DNA of 63,845 nucleotides, filler included, from Octopus bimaculoides (Eukaryota): the NCBI RefSeq assembly GCF_001194135.2. It is 7 parts of 7 records of this genome, joined end to end, with 100 filler letters (N's around TTAATTAATTAA, not from the genome) between each part and the next. Parts side by side here need not be neighbours in the genome. Positions count along the whole stretch, not along the records: positions 60,966 to 63,845 come from NW_026309094.1; 6 more parts are not named here. One strand, given 5' to 3'. This document shows positions 63,361 to 63,845 of this stretch, piece by piece; positions within the stretch are counted from its first letter, which is position 1; every line of letters starts with the position of its first letter. The translations under genes and the position numbers were made by a program. The notes under the pieces were generated by a model, which was given only the letters and a program-made list of their open reading frames with translations, was not told the DNA's origin and searched no databases.

Positions 63361-63440
63361 TATGGAGAGAGGGTGAGATAAATATGCAGGGAGTGAGGGC
63401 ATGAGTACGTGTATGAGTGAGTGAGAGGGAGACGCAGAGA
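62894..63440. repeat. Purine-rich (GA)n/(GATA)n tract with a 70-bp tandem duplication
   Basis: GAGTGAGAGAAATGGAAAG.TAATTAGATACAG at 62941 and 63011. Confidence 0.9.
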
Positions 63441-63559
63441 GACGGAGGAGGATCCAAGATGGTGTGACGCACTGGACTTGGGGGAAAATGTGTTAGTGCA
63501 ACTATAATTATCTTTGATGGTAGACAAATTCAATAAAGAACGAAACGGCTCTAAACAAC

Positions 63560-63593
<34 letters not shown>

Positions 63594-63609
63594 ACAACGA
63601 CAACAACAA

Positions 63610-63800
63610 CAAGTGAAGACGGAGCAGTAGGTTCGAAACGTAATTTGGCCATGATCGACTCGGACTAAGAGTTTATTGCATGTTTCTCGCTGTTCGTGAT
63701 TAGCTGATCGGAAGTAGTCGAAGTCCCGGAAATGGTGGAAGTGACGTATGGGTTACACACGCATGCATCCCACGTGATTCAGATCACTTTTTTGTGCTTT
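63610..63800. promoter_or_regulatory. CpG-rich promoter-like segment with ETS, ETS-CRE and E-box motifs
   Basis: CGGAAGT 63709-63715, CCGGAAAT 63726-63733, GGAAGTGACGT 63737-63747, CACGTG 63771-63776, in unique CpG-dense DNA. Confidence 0.5.
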
Positions 63801-63845
63801 AATTATCAGACATTGTCTTTCAGTGTGAACGGAGACACACAATAA

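Overview
AT-rich, gap-ridden eukaryotic scaffold dominated by microsatellites and repeats. The SINE families and repeat landscape suggest a coleoid cephalopod, most likely an Octopus short-read draft; this is inference, not a database match. I found no complete protein-coding gene, rRNA, intact tRNA or CRISPR array. Nearly all ORFs in the supplied track come from microsatellites or N gaps. Supported content: three abundant tRNA-headed SINE families (here A, B, C), an RTE-tailed repeat (E), and fragments of CR1-like, RNase H-bearing and REL-endonuclease (Hero-, R4/Dong-like) non-LTR elements. Also present are three mariner fragments, several MITEs and an internally deleted Merlin-type transposon with long TIRs and an 8-bp TSD. 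There are weak candidate exons and a CpG-rich ETS/CRE promoter-like stretch at the right edge. Most notable observations: (1) a three-step templated inverted insertion that creates a perfect 128-bp inverted repeat and splits a retroelement motif; (2) a CpG-decayed domain at about 55-60.5 kb next to the promoter-like island; (3) degenerate Penelope-type minimal hammerhead motifs; (4) a CACG array with an 11-bp period; (5) SINE C inserted twice at nearly the same site of SINE A. Repeat boundaries are read by eye and are approximate unless a TSD or TIR is given.
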